From contig SLOS01000374.1 in the NCBI GenBank assembly GCA_007132365.1, positions 1 to 34,480 on the forward strand: a stretch of DNA of 34,480 nucleotides. Reading direction: 5' to 3'. A program made the translations under genes and the position numbers. Below, piece by piece: positions 1 through 9,921 of the stretch. Position 1 is the first letter of the stretch; each line of letters opens with the position of its first letter. The notes under the pieces were generated by a model. The model saw only the letters and a program-made list of their open reading frames with translations. It was not told the origin of the DNA and made no database searches. This DNA is from Bacteroidales bacterium. Its GTDB lineage: Bacteria; Bacteroidota; Bacteroidia; Bacteroidales; PUMT01.

Positions 1-3000
1 CTTCTTCTTATGATACCCAATATGTACAAGATATCGGGTGAATTGTTGCCCGGGGTTTTTCATGTCAGTGCAAGGAGCCTTGCCGCCCAGGCTTTATCAA
101 TATTTGGTGATCACAGTGATGTGATGAGTACACGGCATACCGGTTTTGCATTACTCGCGACCGGTAGTGTCCAGGAAATTATGGACATAGGTGCTGTCGC
201 TCACCTGGCATCCATTAAAACAAGGGTCCCATTTCTGCATTTCTTTGACGGATTCCGTACTTCGCATGAAATTCAGAAGGTCGAAGCCTGCGATCAGGAT
301 GAAATGGAAAAACTGATTGATAAAGATGCTGTTCAGGCGTTTCGTGAACGTGCCCTTAACCCGGAACATCCCGTAACAAGGGGAACTGCCCAGAACCCTG
401 ACATATATTTCCAGTCCCGCGAGGCAGCAAATAAATTTTTTGATGCTGTTCCTGATGCAGTTGAGGAATATATGCAGAAGGTAAGCAAAATTACAGGCCG
501 GGAATATCATCCATTCACATATTACGGTGATCCTGATGCGGAAAACATAATCGTTGCAATGGGGTCAGTTACTGATACAATAAAGGAGACAATTGATTAC
601 CTTAAATTACAGGGAGAAAAGGCAGGTCTTTTAAGTGTGCATTTATACCGCCCGTTTTCTTCAAAGTATTTTATGAAAGCGTTTCCAAAATCGGTTAAAA
701 GGATAGCTGTCCTTGACCGTACAAAAGAACCGGGTGCCAATGGTGAGCCCCTCTACCTGGATGTAAAGGATCTGTTTTACGGAATGCCTGATGCACCGGT
801 CATCGTTGGAGGGCGTTACGGACTGAGTTCGAAGGACACAACACCTGCGATGATCAGTTCGGTTTATAAGAATCTCAAAATGGCTGAGCCCAAAAATGGC
901 TTTACATTAGGTATTGTTGACGATGTGACTTATCGTTCACTTCCCTTGTTACCTGAAATTGATGTCTCTCCCAAAGGGAATTATGCTGCAAAGTTTTTCG
1001 GTATCGGAGCTGATGGTACTGTAGGCGCCAACAAGAATTCCATTATAATAATAGGAGATACTACCGACAAATATGCCCAGGCATATTTTGCCTATGACTC
1101 AAAGAAATCCGGTGGTATTACTGTTTCCCACCTGCGTTTTGGTGATAAACCAATACGTTCACCTTACCTTGTCAATACGGCTGATTTCATTGCCTGTCAT
1201 GTTCCTGCATATCTTGAAAAGTATGATTTGCTCAAGGGACTTAAGAAAGGTGGCACTTTCCTGCTTAACAGCATCTGGGATGAGGAAGAGACCAAAAAGA
1301 AGCTGCCTGTAAAGATGAAGAAATACATGGCAGAAAATGATATTCATTTCTACATGATAAATGCAACAAGTATTGCCGAAGAGATAGGACTTGGAGGGAG
1401 GACCAATACCATCATGCAATCTGCGTTTTTCAAGATCTCAAATGTAATTCCCTATGATAATGCAGTGGATGAGATGAAAAAAGCCATTATCAAATCATTC
1501 GGCATGAAAGGTGAAGAGATAGTTGCCATGAACCACGCAGCGGTTGATCGTGGCGGAGATGTTGTCAGGATAGACATCCCGGCCGACTGGAAGAAACTTG
1601 ATGACAAGAAGCCTGAGGATAAAAGGGATATACCTGACTTCATCAAGAATATTATGGAGCCTATCAACGCGCAGAATGGAGACAGTCTGCCGGTTAGCGC
1701 CTTCCTTGGCCGTGAGGACGGGACATTTCCGGCAGGAACAACAGCCTACGAGAAACGGGGCATTGCAGTGCATGTTCCCGAATGGCTGCCCGATAACTGT
1801 ATACAATGCAATCAGTGTTCCTATGTTTGCCCGCATTCAGTAATCAGGCCATTTCTGCTTACTGATGAAGAGGTGAAAAACGCTCCAGAGGGTACAGTTA
1901 CCATAAAAGGTTTAGGTGGCACGAAAGAGTACCAGTACCGCATGCAGATAAGTCCCCTGGACTGCACCGGCTGCGGAAATTGTGTTGACATTTGTCCCTC
2001 GAAAACCAAGGCTCTTGAAATGCAGACACTCGAATCACAAATGGTTGAAAATGAGCGATGGGACTATATGCATCATAAAGTCGGATATAAGGATACTGTC
2101 CTTGATAAGGCTAAATCAGTCAAAAACAGTCAGTTTGCACAGCCATTGTTCGAGTTTTCGGGAGCATGTGCAGGTTGTGGTGAAACACCATATATTAAAT
2201 TGATCACTCAGCTTTATGGTGACCGGATGATGGTGGCAAACGCAACAGGTTGTTCATCAATTTACGGCGGATCTGCACCTTCCACACCCTATACGGTAAA
2301 TAAGAACGGTTATGGTCCTGCCTGGGCCAATTCACTGTTTGAGGACAATGCAGAATATGGTTATGGTATGATGCTGGGCGTAAGGCAGATGCGGATAAAG
2401 ATCGAGGGTCTTATGAAAAAAGGCCTTGAGAGTGATTTATCTCCGGAAATAAAAGAGGCCTTCAAGGAGTGGCTGGAGACGAAAGATGACGGAGAAAAAT
2501 CCAAAGCTGCTTCGGATAAAGTTAAAGAGGTCCTGAAAAATAAGAAAGATGATATTTCAGTTGAGATAATGAAACTGAAACAATACCTGGTTAAAAAATC
2601 CATCTGGGTGTTCGGAGGTGACGGATGGGCTTATGATATAGGGTACGGGGGACTGGACCATGTGATAGCCTCGGGCGACGATATCAATATGCTTGTTATG
2701 GATACTGAGGTATACAGCAATACCGGGGGGCAAGCCTCGAAGTCCACACCCATTGGTGCAGTTGCAAAATTTGCCGCAGCAGGGAAGAGGATCCGGAAAA
2801 AGGATCTTGGTGTAATGGCTATGAGTTATGGATACGTTTATGTTGCGCAGGTGGCACTTGGAGCAAGCCAGGCACAATTTTTCAAAGCAGCCAGGGAGGC
2901 TGAAGCGTATCCCGGGCCCTCTGTTCTGATTGCATATTCACCCTGTATCAATCATGGATTCAGGGGCGGAATGGGTAAGACCATGGAGCAGAGCAAGCGG

Positions 3001-3261
3001 GCAGTTGAAGCAGGGTACTGGACTAACTGGCGCTACAATCCCCTTCTTGAAAATGAGGGAAAGAATCCTTTTATTCTTGATTCCAAAGAACCCGACTGGA
3101 GTAAATTCCAGGAATTTTTGAAATCCGAAGTTCGTTATACATCACTTCAGAAAGCTTTCCCCGATGTAGCCGCGGACTTATTCAAGGCGGCAGAAGAAAA
3201 TGCCAGATGGAGATACAACAGTTATGTCAGGATGGCTTCAATGGATTTCTCCAAAGTATAA
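1..3261 (+). CDS. nifJ: pyruvate:ferredoxin (flavodoxin) oxidoreductase, 5' end cut by the window edge
   Basis: The frame is open from base 1. The >1080-aa product has a tandem ferredoxin domain (CIQCNQCSYVCPH, CTGCGNCVDICP) and a TPP-binding region (GGDGWAYDIGYGGLDH...DTEVYSNTGGQ). The C-terminal PFOR domain ends in ...RYNSYVRMA. Full-length PFOR is about 1170-1190 aa, so roughly 90-100 aa are missing. Confidence 0.93.
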   Translation, partial: LLLMIPNMYKISGELLPGVFHVSARSLAAQALSIFGDHSDVMSTRHTGFALLATGSVQEIMDIGAVAHLASIKTRVPFLHFFDGFRTSHEIQKVEACDQDEMEKLIDKDAVQAFRERALNPEHPVTRGTAQNPDIYFQSREAANKFFDAVPDAVEEYMQKVSKITGREYHPFTYYGDPDAENIIVAMGSVTDTIKETIDYLKLQGEKAGLLSVHLYRPFSSKYFMKAFPKSVKRIAVLDRTKEPGANGEPLYLDVKDLFYGMPDAPVIVGGRYGLSSKDTTPAMISSVYKNLKMAEPKNGFTLGIVDDVTYRSLPLLPEIDVSPKGNYAAKFFGIGADGTVGANKNSIIIIGDTTDKYAQAYFAYDSKKSGGITVSHLRFGDKPIRSPYLVNTADFIACHVPAYLEKYDLLKGLKKGGTFLLNSIWDEEETKKKLPVKMKKYMAENDIHFYMINATSIAEEIGLGGRTNTIMQSAFFKISNVIPYDNAVDEMKKAIIKSFGMKGEEIVAMNHAAVDRGGDVVRIDIPADWKKLDDKKPEDKRDIPDFIKNIMEPINAQNGDSLPVSAFLGREDGTFPAGTTAYEKRGIAVHVPEWLPDNCIQCNQCSYVCPHSVIRPFLLTDEEVKNAPEGTVTIKGLGGTKEYQYRMQISPLDCTGCGNCVDICPSKTKALEMQTLESQMVENERWDYMHHKVGYKDTVLDKAKSVKNSQFAQPLFEFSGACAGCGETPYIKLITQLYGDRMMVANATGCSSIYGGSAPSTPYTVNKNGYGPAWANSLFEDNAEYGYGMMLGVRQMRIKIEGLMKKGLESDLSPEIKEAFKEWLETKDDGEKSKAASDKVKEVLKNKKDDISVEIMKLKQYLVKKSIWVFGGDGWAYDIGYGGLDHVIASGDDINMLVMDTEVYSNTGGQASKSTPIGAVAKFAAAGKRIRKKDLGVMAMSYGYVYVAQVALGASQAQFFKAAREAEAYPGPSVLIAYSPCINHGFRGGMGKTMEQSKRAVEAGYWTNWRYNPLLENEGKNPFILDSKEPDWSKFQEFLKSEVRYTSLQKAFPDVAADLFKAAEENARWRYNSYVRMASMDFSKV

Positions 3262-3278
3262 TTGCAAGCCAGTCAAAT

Positions 3279-3309
3279 AAAAAAGCGGTCAACATGGGCC
3301 GCTTTTTTA
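3279..3309 (+). terminator. rho-independent terminator after nifJ
   Basis: AAAAAGCGGTC-aacatg-GGCCGCTTTTTT forms a GC-rich 6-bp stem with one G.U pair. It is flanked by an A-run and a T-run, 18 nt past the stop codon. Confidence 0.6.
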
Positions 3310-3434
3310 AAACCAGGCAGAATTCAGATGGAGCTTTATTTAAAGTAATAGTGATTGTTTTGTTGTGAGTACCGTGAACCAATTAGTTTTTAAATTGTTA
3401 ACCATAATAATTGTCAAACCAAAAAATTGAAAAT

Positions 3435-4448
3435 ATGGCTGATCTTAAAACCAAATTTATGGGAATTGATGTTAAGAATCCCATTGTCGTTGGTGCCTGT
3501 AATTTATCCCAGAATCCTGAAACACTTATTCAGCTTGAAAAAGCCGGGGCTTCTGCAATTGTATATAAATCACTCTTTGAGGAGCAGATACAGTATGAAC
3601 GGGTTCAGATGAACGATTCATTGCACGAGTTTGATGACCGTCATGCTGAAATGATAAGTATTCACCCTAAACTGGAACATGGCGGACCGAAAGAGTATCT
3701 TCTGGAATTGAAGAAGGCTAAGGAGGCATTGACAATTCCCCTGATAGCCAGCTTGAATGCAGTTTACAAAGAAACCTGGGTTGAATACGCCCAACTGATC
3801 CAGGAAACCGGTGTTGATGGCCTAGAGCTTAATTTTTACGCTGTACCAAAAGACACAGGTTCTGATGGAGCCAAACTGGAAGGTCAGCAAATCGAAATAT
3901 TGAAAGCAGTCAAAAAAGCTGTCTCCATACCTGTTGCAGTAAAACTTGGGCCTTTCTACTCTAATCCCCTGTATGTTACTACAAAGATGGATGAAGTCGG
4001 AGTGAATGGTTATGTATTGTTCAACAGGTTGTTTCAGCCTGATATAGATGTCGATAACGAAAAGCATATTTTCCCGTTTTATTTAAGCAGGGAAGGTGAT
4101 TACAGATTACCCCTGAGATTTACCGGAATGTTGTATAACAATACAAAGGGTACTATATGCAGTAATACCGGAATATATTCAGGTAAGGATGTTGCAAAAA
4201 TGATCCTTGCAGGAGCAGATTGCGTTCAGGTAGTGAGTGCTCTGTACAAGAATAAGCCGGGCCATATATCCGTTATGCTTTCTGAGCTGGAATCATGGAT
4301 GAAATCCAAATCCTATAATTCTCTCAGGGATTTTCAGGGCAAACTGTCCAAAGCATCCACCAGTGATCCTTTTGCTTATTCCAGGGCACAATATGTTGAT
4401 ATTTTGATGAAACCCGAGGAAATATTAAAAAAGTATCCGATGGTATAG
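3435..4448 (+). CDS. dihydroorotate dehydrogenase-like TIM-barrel flavoprotein (not a canonical PyrD)
   Basis: It has the DHOD-family fold pattern (MGIDVKNPIVVGACNLS..., GVDGLELNF, GADCVQVVSALY). The class-1 catalytic N-x-S-C-P-N loop reads ELNFYAVPK and has no Cys or Ser base. I prefer the ATG at 3435 (MADLKTKF...) over the TTG at 3411 used by the ORF track. Confidence 0.78.
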   Translation: MADLKTKFMGIDVKNPIVVGACNLSQNPETLIQLEKAGASAIVYKSLFEEQIQYERVQMNDSLHEFDDRHAEMISIHPKLEHGGPKEYLLELKKAKEALTIPLIASLNAVYKETWVEYAQLIQETGVDGLELNFYAVPKDTGSDGAKLEGQQIEILKAVKKAVSIPVAVKLGPFYSNPLYVTTKMDEVGVNGYVLFNRLFQPDIDVDNEKHIFPFYLSREGDYRLPLRFTGMLYNNTKGTICSNTGIYSGKDVAKMILAGADCVQVVSALYKNKPGHISVMLSELESWMKSKSYNSLRDFQGKLSKASTSDPFAYSRAQYVDILMKPEEILKKYPMV

Positions 4449-4473
4449 AATATTATGCTTTCAACGACTTATA

Positions 4474-4503
4474 AAAGGGGAGTTTACAGCTCCCTTTTTT
4501 ATT
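4474..4503 (+). terminator. putative rho-independent terminator
   Basis: AAAAGGGGAG-tttaca-GCTCCCTTTTTTATTTTTT is a short GC stem followed by a long T-run. Confidence 0.5.
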
Positions 4504-4702
4504 TTTTCCCGAATATTTTATTTCAATATGACTTCAGGCTTTTTTTGTTAAAAAAATCATATATTTTTAACATTTAAACATTTTTTAACCGGAGTAAATT
4601 ATGACGCAGGAGGCCAATTGTTTTATTAGCTGATTTCCTGCGCAAGAGATATGTTTAAAGATTCGGGCAATTACCTTATTGTGCTCAAAGATCAATATAA
4701 TA

Positions 4703-6685
4703 ATGAGTGAATCAGCAGAACAATACCATAAGGTGTTTGAATCGATGTCTATGATATCAGTTCAGGGATATAATGAGAGGCGTGAGATTATATTCTGGAA
4801 CGATGCCAGTGAAGCTCTTTACGGATATTCACGGGAGGAGGCAATGGGCAGGAAACTTGAAGATCTTATTGTTCCGGATGAGATCAAAGACAAAGTGATA
4901 GAAGATTTTGCAAACTATACCGGATTAAATATCGAGATACCAGCTTCAGAGCTGGTTCTCAAGAGAAAAGACGGAACCAGCCTCCATGTTTTCTCTTCCC
5001 ACGTAATGATTACCAATAACAAGGGAGAAAAAGAGATCTATTCGGTAGATCTTGATCTTACACAGGTAAATAGACATCAGCTTATCCAGGAGGTCCTCAG
5101 TGATATTGCTACAGCTACAAATACAAGTGATGATTTTCAGGATTTTCTGAAAAAATTGAAGGATTCTCTTTCGAGGATTATTAATACCAGGAATTTCTTC
5201 ATTGCGCTGTATAATGAAGAGGATAATTCTCTTTCCCTGCCGATTTTTATTGATGATGTTGATCAGTTCGGTACCTTTCCCGCGGGAAGAACCCTTACTG
5301 CATATATGATAAGCAAAAACCAGCCGCTTTTACTTAACGAGGAAGAAATGGCTGCACTGGAGGATCAGGATATAATCGACAGGGTAGGGTCTCCATGCAA
5401 GCTCTGGCTGGGTGTTCCGCTTAGAAGGGATGATAAAGTTATGGGAGCCCTTGTACTTCAATCATATACCGATGACACAATTTTTGATGAAACAGATATG
5501 CTTACCCTTCAGATTGTTTCTGAACAGATATCTATTGCAATTGACAGGAAGGCCAGGCAGGAGGAACTCCGTGAGAGTGAAAGGGCAATGAAAACACTTA
5601 TTTCAAATCTGCCGGGCATGGCATACCGTTGCAAGCTTGATGAATCCTTTACCATGGAGTTTTTATCAGATGGTTTTTCGACACTCACCGGTTATGATGC
5701 CAATGATTTTATTGGAAATAAAAGATATATTTATTCTGATCTGATCCATCCTGATGACAGGTCAGAGGTTTGGGAAACCGTCAAACGAGAAACCGACCGG
5801 AACGAACCATATTACCTGGTATACCGTATTACTGCAAAGGGAGGTGTCGTCAAATGGGTTTGGGAAAAGGGTACAGGCGTATATGATGACAATGGCAATT
5901 TGCTTGCGCTGGAGGGGTTTATTATTGATATTACCGACCGGATTGAAATGGAAGAACAGATCATTCAGGCAAAGGAACGGGCTGAGGAATCAGACAGACT
6001 TAAGTCCGCGTTTCTCGCCAACCTGTCCCATGAGATCAGGTCGCCGATGAACAGTATAGTCGGCTTCAGCCAGCTGTTGATGGGAGAGAAAGTGCCTGAA
6101 CCGGTATCCCAATATGTTGGGATTATCTTTCAAAGTTCAAGGCAGTTGCTCAATGTGATTAATGATATTGTTGATATGGCCAAGGTCGATTCAGGCCAGA
6201 TGCTGGTCAGAAAAAAAGACTTCAACCCCGAAGCTGTAATTGAAAGTATGAAAGGATATGCAAAAGAGCAATTGGATAATTATGCTGATAAACAGGTGAT
6301 TATTTTAGTATCTGCACATCCGTCTCCTGATGATGTTACGTTGTTCTCTGATGAGATTCTTATACGAAAAGTTATGGTACATCTGATTAACAATGCAGTT
6401 AAGTTTACAGACAGGGGAAGTATCGAAATCGGGTATGATATTGACAGGAATAATGTATTCCGTTTCTTTGTCAGGGATACCGGAATAGGAATATCATCAA
6501 CGAATCATAAGCTGGTATTTGAACGTTTCAGGCAGGTGGATGAAAGGACTACCAGGAAGTATGAAGGAACCGGACTCGGACTATCAATATCAAAGGGGAT
6601 AATCGGTCTTCTGGGAGGTAATTTGTGGGTTGAAAGCTCCGAAGGAAGCGGGTCTGAATTTTATTTCACTATTACGGGTAAATAA
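4703..6685 (+). CDS. cytoplasmic PAS-GAF-PAS/PAC sensor histidine kinase
   Basis: No TM segments are visible. The order is an N-terminal PAS (FWNDASEALYGYSREEAMG), a GAF-like middle and a second PAS/PAC (YRITAKGGVVKWVWEKG). Kinase motifs are the H-box SHEIRSPMNSIVGF, N-box HLINNAVKFT, G1 DTGIGI and G2 GTGLGLSI. The ATG at 4703 is preferred over the TTG at 4679. Confidence 0.85.
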   Translation: MSESAEQYHKVFESMSMISVQGYNERREIIFWNDASEALYGYSREEAMGRKLEDLIVPDEIKDKVIEDFANYTGLNIEIPASELVLKRKDGTSLHVFSSHVMITNNKGEKEIYSVDLDLTQVNRHQLIQEVLSDIATATNTSDDFQDFLKKLKDSLSRIINTRNFFIALYNEEDNSLSLPIFIDDVDQFGTFPAGRTLTAYMISKNQPLLLNEEEMAALEDQDIIDRVGSPCKLWLGVPLRRDDKVMGALVLQSYTDDTIFDETDMLTLQIVSEQISIAIDRKARQEELRESERAMKTLISNLPGMAYRCKLDESFTMEFLSDGFSTLTGYDANDFIGNKRYIYSDLIHPDDRSEVWETVKRETDRNEPYYLVYRITAKGGVVKWVWEKGTGVYDDNGNLLALEGFIIDITDRIEMEEQIIQAKERAEESDRLKSAFLANLSHEIRSPMNSIVGFSQLLMGEKVPEPVSQYVGIIFQSSRQLLNVINDIVDMAKVDSGQMLVRKKDFNPEAVIESMKGYAKEQLDNYADKQVIILVSAHPSPDDVTLFSDEILIRKVMVHLINNAVKFTDRGSIEIGYDIDRNNVFRFFVRDTGIGISSTNHKLVFERFRQVDERTTRKYEGTGLGLSISKGIIGLLGGNLWVESSEGSGSEFYFTITGK

Positions 6686-6734
6686 TTTGCAAACTTCATT
6701 TTTACATTCTAAATTGGCCAGGGATGACCATTTT

Positions 6735-7160
6735 ATGGGTAGAATTATAGGAATTGATGTAGGACAAAAGAGAATCGGACTGGCTGTTACAGACCCCCTC
6801 AGGATCTTTGCCACCGGGCTGGACACTGTACCTGCCGGAAAAATATTCAGTTATCTGGATGAATATGTCAAAAAGGAAAAAGTTGACCTTTTTGTGGTTG
6901 GCTCACCCCTTACAATGAACAATAAACCATCCGAATCTGTTAAATATGTTGATCCATTTGTCAGAAAACTGGCAAAAATATTTGATCCGATACCTGTAAA
7001 GCGTATCGATGAACGTTATACCTCAAAAATGGCAAAGCAGGCAATTATTACAGGTGTACCCGGGAAGCATGCGAGACGAAACAAGGCAATGGTTGATCAA
7101 ATAAGTGCTGTGATAATTCTGCAGTCATTTCTTGACCGGGAAATTTTTTTAAATAAATGA
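6735..7160 (+). CDS. ruvX: Holliday junction resolvase-like / pre-16S rRNA nuclease YqgF
   Basis: The start MGRIIGIDVGQKRIGLAVTD is the classic YqgF N-terminus, and the length is about 141 aa. The longer ORF from 6630 would overlap the kinase 3' end and adds non-homologous sequence. Confidence 0.85.
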   Translation: MGRIIGIDVGQKRIGLAVTDPLRIFATGLDTVPAGKIFSYLDEYVKKEKVDLFVVGSPLTMNNKPSESVKYVDPFVRKLAKIFDPIPVKRIDERYTSKMAKQAIITGVPGKHARRNKAMVDQISAVIILQSFLDREIFLNK

Positions 7161-7708
7161 TATTACCTGTTTTTGTATACGGTTCACCTGTCCTTAGAAA
7201 GGTTGCGGCAGATATTCCTGAGGATTATCCCGGACTTGATGAGTTTATTGAGACTCTTTTTGAAACTATGTATAAGAGTGATGGCATTGGCCTTGCTGCT
7301 CCCCAGGTTGGAAAATCGATCCGGATTTTTGTTGTGGATGCATCACCTCTTGAAGATGATGATGAATCTCTGAAGGATTTCAAAAAGGTCTTCATAAATC
7401 CCCGGATAATTTCCTATGAAGGCGAGCTTAGTACATATAATGAAGGTTGTCTGAGCATCCCCGACATAAGGGAGGATGTTGAACGGGAGTCTGCAATAAC
7501 TATTCGTTATTGTGACAGGGATTTTAATTACAGGGAAGAGTATTATGACGGTATTGCTGCAAGGATCATTCAACATGAATATGATCATCTGGAGGGCAGA
7601 CTGTTTACCGACCTTATTTCGCCTCTGAAAAAGCGCCTTCTTAAAAGGAAACTTACCTTAATAAGCAAGGGCATGATTGATGTTAAGTACCGGATAAAAC
7701 ATATTTGA
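7157..7708 (+). CDS. def: peptide deformylase
   Basis: All three PDF motifs are present: GIGLAAPQVG, EGCLSIP and QHEYDHLEG. An ATGA start/stop overlap links it to ruvX. Confidence 0.94.
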   Translation: MILPVFVYGSPVLRKVAADIPEDYPGLDEFIETLFETMYKSDGIGLAAPQVGKSIRIFVVDASPLEDDDESLKDFKKVFINPRIISYEGELSTYNEGCLSIPDIREDVERESAITIRYCDRDFNYREEYYDGIAARIIQHEYDHLEGRLFTDLISPLKKRLLKRKLTLISKGMIDVKYRIKHI

Positions 7709-7779
7709 TAGGCTTCGCTCTTGACTTAGTCCATGGTTTTCATTAACTTTAATAAAGCATGACGACCAAATGAAAAAAA

Positions 7780-9921
7780 ATGGGCTATTACGAGGGATTA
7801 CGAAGGATGCCTGCGCTACGCCTGCTTTTGCCTTTTATTGCAGGGATCATACTCAGGGATAATATTCAGATTCCTTTTCCATTGCTTATAGCTGGTTGCA
7901 GTTTTCTCTTCCTGCTTCTTTTTTTTATCCGGATTTATGAACCGGCTAACGTCCGTTACAATATCCGGTGGCTATATGGCCTTGTTCTTAACTGCTTTAT
8001 CATGATTTTTTCCATGTGCCTGATGAGTAAAACAATACAGGCACCAACATTTATGGACTATACAGGCAAAGATGGTTTCATTGTTGCCAGGGTTGTGGAA
8101 CCTCCACATGAGAGAGAAAGGCGATACAGGGTGCTTATTGAGCCTTTGGTAGTTATAGGGGATACCAGTATTACAAGAACCTCCGGCAGGGCTTTAGGCT
8201 GGTTCGGGAAGGACAGCCTTGCCGGAATGCTCAGGGCAGGTGACCGGCTGGTAATTCCCAACAGATTCAGTGAAATAAGAAACCAGGGTAATCCTTTTGA
8301 GTTTGATTACAGCAACTATATGAGGATACAGGGAGTATCCGGGGAGATTTACCTGGATTCCGGAGAGTGGTTCCGGCCGGAACAAGTTGCTGCCAGAAAT
8401 CTTTTATTAACAGCAGGCAGATTAAGGGAACGTCTTTTGGATATTCTCGAGAGCAATGGTGTAACGGGCAGGGAGTACGCGGTTGCAGGAGCACTTATTC
8501 TGGGTTACCGGAGTGAGATTGACCAGGAGACAAGACATTCATATGCCGCATCGGGAGCGATGCATATACTGGCTGTATCAGGCCTGCACGTGGGAATAAT
8601 TTACCTTCTTATATACTGGACACTGGGATTTGTGAAGAAATTCAGATATCACAGTATTGTCAGGGTCATTATTATTTTGATTATTATCTGGTTTTATGCC
8701 TTACTCACCGGACTGTCACCTTCAGTGACCCGTGCTTCCACAATGTTTTCCTTCGTAGCGGTTGCCGGATTCTTTCGCAGGTCAGCCAATATTTTTAACA
8801 CTCTTGCCTCCTCTGCATTTGTTCAGCTTCTGATTAATCCCTTAACTCTTTTTATAGTTGGATTTCAACTATCTTATTTTGCTGTTGCAGGGATCGCATA
8901 CTACCAGCCTTTTATTTCTTCAGTTATAAGGTTCCGGAATATGCTGGCAGAAAAAATATGGGCACTTTCCACCGTTTCTCTATCGGCACAGCTGGTTATT
9001 TTCCCGCTTGGAATATACTATTTTAATCAGTTTCCAAATTACTTTTTGTTGACTAACCTGCTTGCAGTGCCACTAGCAATGATTATTCTCTATCTGGGAC
9101 TTGTACTTTTTCTAATCTCATTTATTCCTTTTGTGGCCTCTGTTGTGGCATTCCTTTTGAATATTGCCCTGTATCTACTCAATTTTATTACCGGCACTAT
9201 AAGCCATCTTCCTTTTTCTCATTCTCCGGATATGATCATAAATATTCCGCTTCTTATTATCCTGTACGGTATAATCTTTTTGATTACCCATTTTTTCATC
9301 CTTAAAAAACCATGGTTGCTGCAACTTTCAATTGTTTTTGCTATTGCAGCACTTGTATTAAGATCCGGGTATCTGATAAGTACGTCAGAACAGAAGATAT
9401 TTATGGTCTATAATTCCGGCAGGTACTCTCTGTACAGCTTTATTTCCGGCAAAAGAAATATTGTTGTATCCGGCAGGGATCAGGATTTTGAAGAAGCAGT
9501 CATGCCCTATGCGGCTTCACGGACTGCCTTATTTATGAATACCGATAATGTAAATGTTATTTCTGTTGAGCAGATGCTTGATTGTAAGATTAAGGGAATG
9601 TCCTGTCCGTATCACGTTGAGGGCAGGTTTGTTTATTTTTACGGATACCGGATCTATTTTGCCGAAAGCAACGAGACTGGCCCGCTTGATGCAATGGATC
9701 CTGTTCATGTGGATATGCTTGTAATCTCCTCCCGGTTTTCATCATCTCTGCATGAGATTTGCAACGTAGTAATTCCTGGTAAGGTGATTATTGATTCCTC
9801 AGTTCCTTTTTACCTGAGGGCTGAATATATTGAGCAGTGTATAGAGCTGGGACTAAATTACCATGATGTGCGCGGGGCAGGAGCGTTTAAAACTTCAGTT
9901 CACCAATTCCCTGGCGGATAA
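7780..9921 (+). CDS. ComEC/Rec2 family competence membrane protein (DUF4131 plus competence domain, no C-terminal metallo-beta-lactamase domain evident)
   Basis: It is polytopic and carries the signature GAMHILAVSGLHVG with a following TM bundle. The start could instead be the internal Met at 7807 (MPALRLLLPF...). Confidence 0.8.
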   Translation: MGYYEGLRRMPALRLLLPFIAGIILRDNIQIPFPLLIAGCSFLFLLLFFIRIYEPANVRYNIRWLYGLVLNCFIMIFSMCLMSKTIQAPTFMDYTGKDGFIVARVVEPPHERERRYRVLIEPLVVIGDTSITRTSGRALGWFGKDSLAGMLRAGDRLVIPNRFSEIRNQGNPFEFDYSNYMRIQGVSGEIYLDSGEWFRPEQVAARNLLLTAGRLRERLLDILESNGVTGREYAVAGALILGYRSEIDQETRHSYAASGAMHILAVSGLHVGIIYLLIYWTLGFVKKFRYHSIVRVIIILIIIWFYALLTGLSPSVTRASTMFSFVAVAGFFRRSANIFNTLASSAFVQLLINPLTLFIVGFQLSYFAVAGIAYYQPFISSVIRFRNMLAEKIWALSTVSLSAQLVIFPLGIYYFNQFPNYFLLTNLLAVPLAMIILYLGLVLFLISFIPFVASVVAFLLNIALYLLNFITGTISHLPFSHSPDMIINIPLLIILYGIIFLITHFFILKKPWLLQLSIVFAIAALVLRSGYLISTSEQKIFMVYNSGRYSLYSFISGKRNIVVSGRDQDFEEAVMPYAASRTALFMNTDNVNVISVEQMLDCKIKGMSCPYHVEGRFVYFYGYRIYFAESNETGPLDAMDPVHVDMLVISSRFSSSLHEICNVVIPGKVIIDSSVPFYLRAEYIEQCIELGLNYHDVRGAGAFKTSVHQFPGG

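Noticed and set aside
3435-4448. Calling this gene pyrD (a true dihydroorotate dehydrogenase).
   Set aside because: The catalytic-base loop (N-x-S-C-P-N or the Ser equivalent) is absent, and the context is PFOR rather than pyrimidine genes. I kept it as DHOD-like only.
4605-4642. A 7-bp inverted repeat (CGCAGGA...TCCTGCG) and a 10-codon mini-ORF upstream of the histidine kinase.
   Set aside because: The stem is short, the loop is 24 nt, and it resembles no known leader or riboswitch. It is likely a chance occurrence.
6630-6734. An N-terminal extension of the ruvX ORF that overlaps the histidine kinase 3' end.
   Set aside because: The conserved YqgF N-terminus (MGRIIGIDVG) begins at the internal ATG at 6735. 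The extension shows no homology-like pattern and would overlap the kinase by 56 nt.
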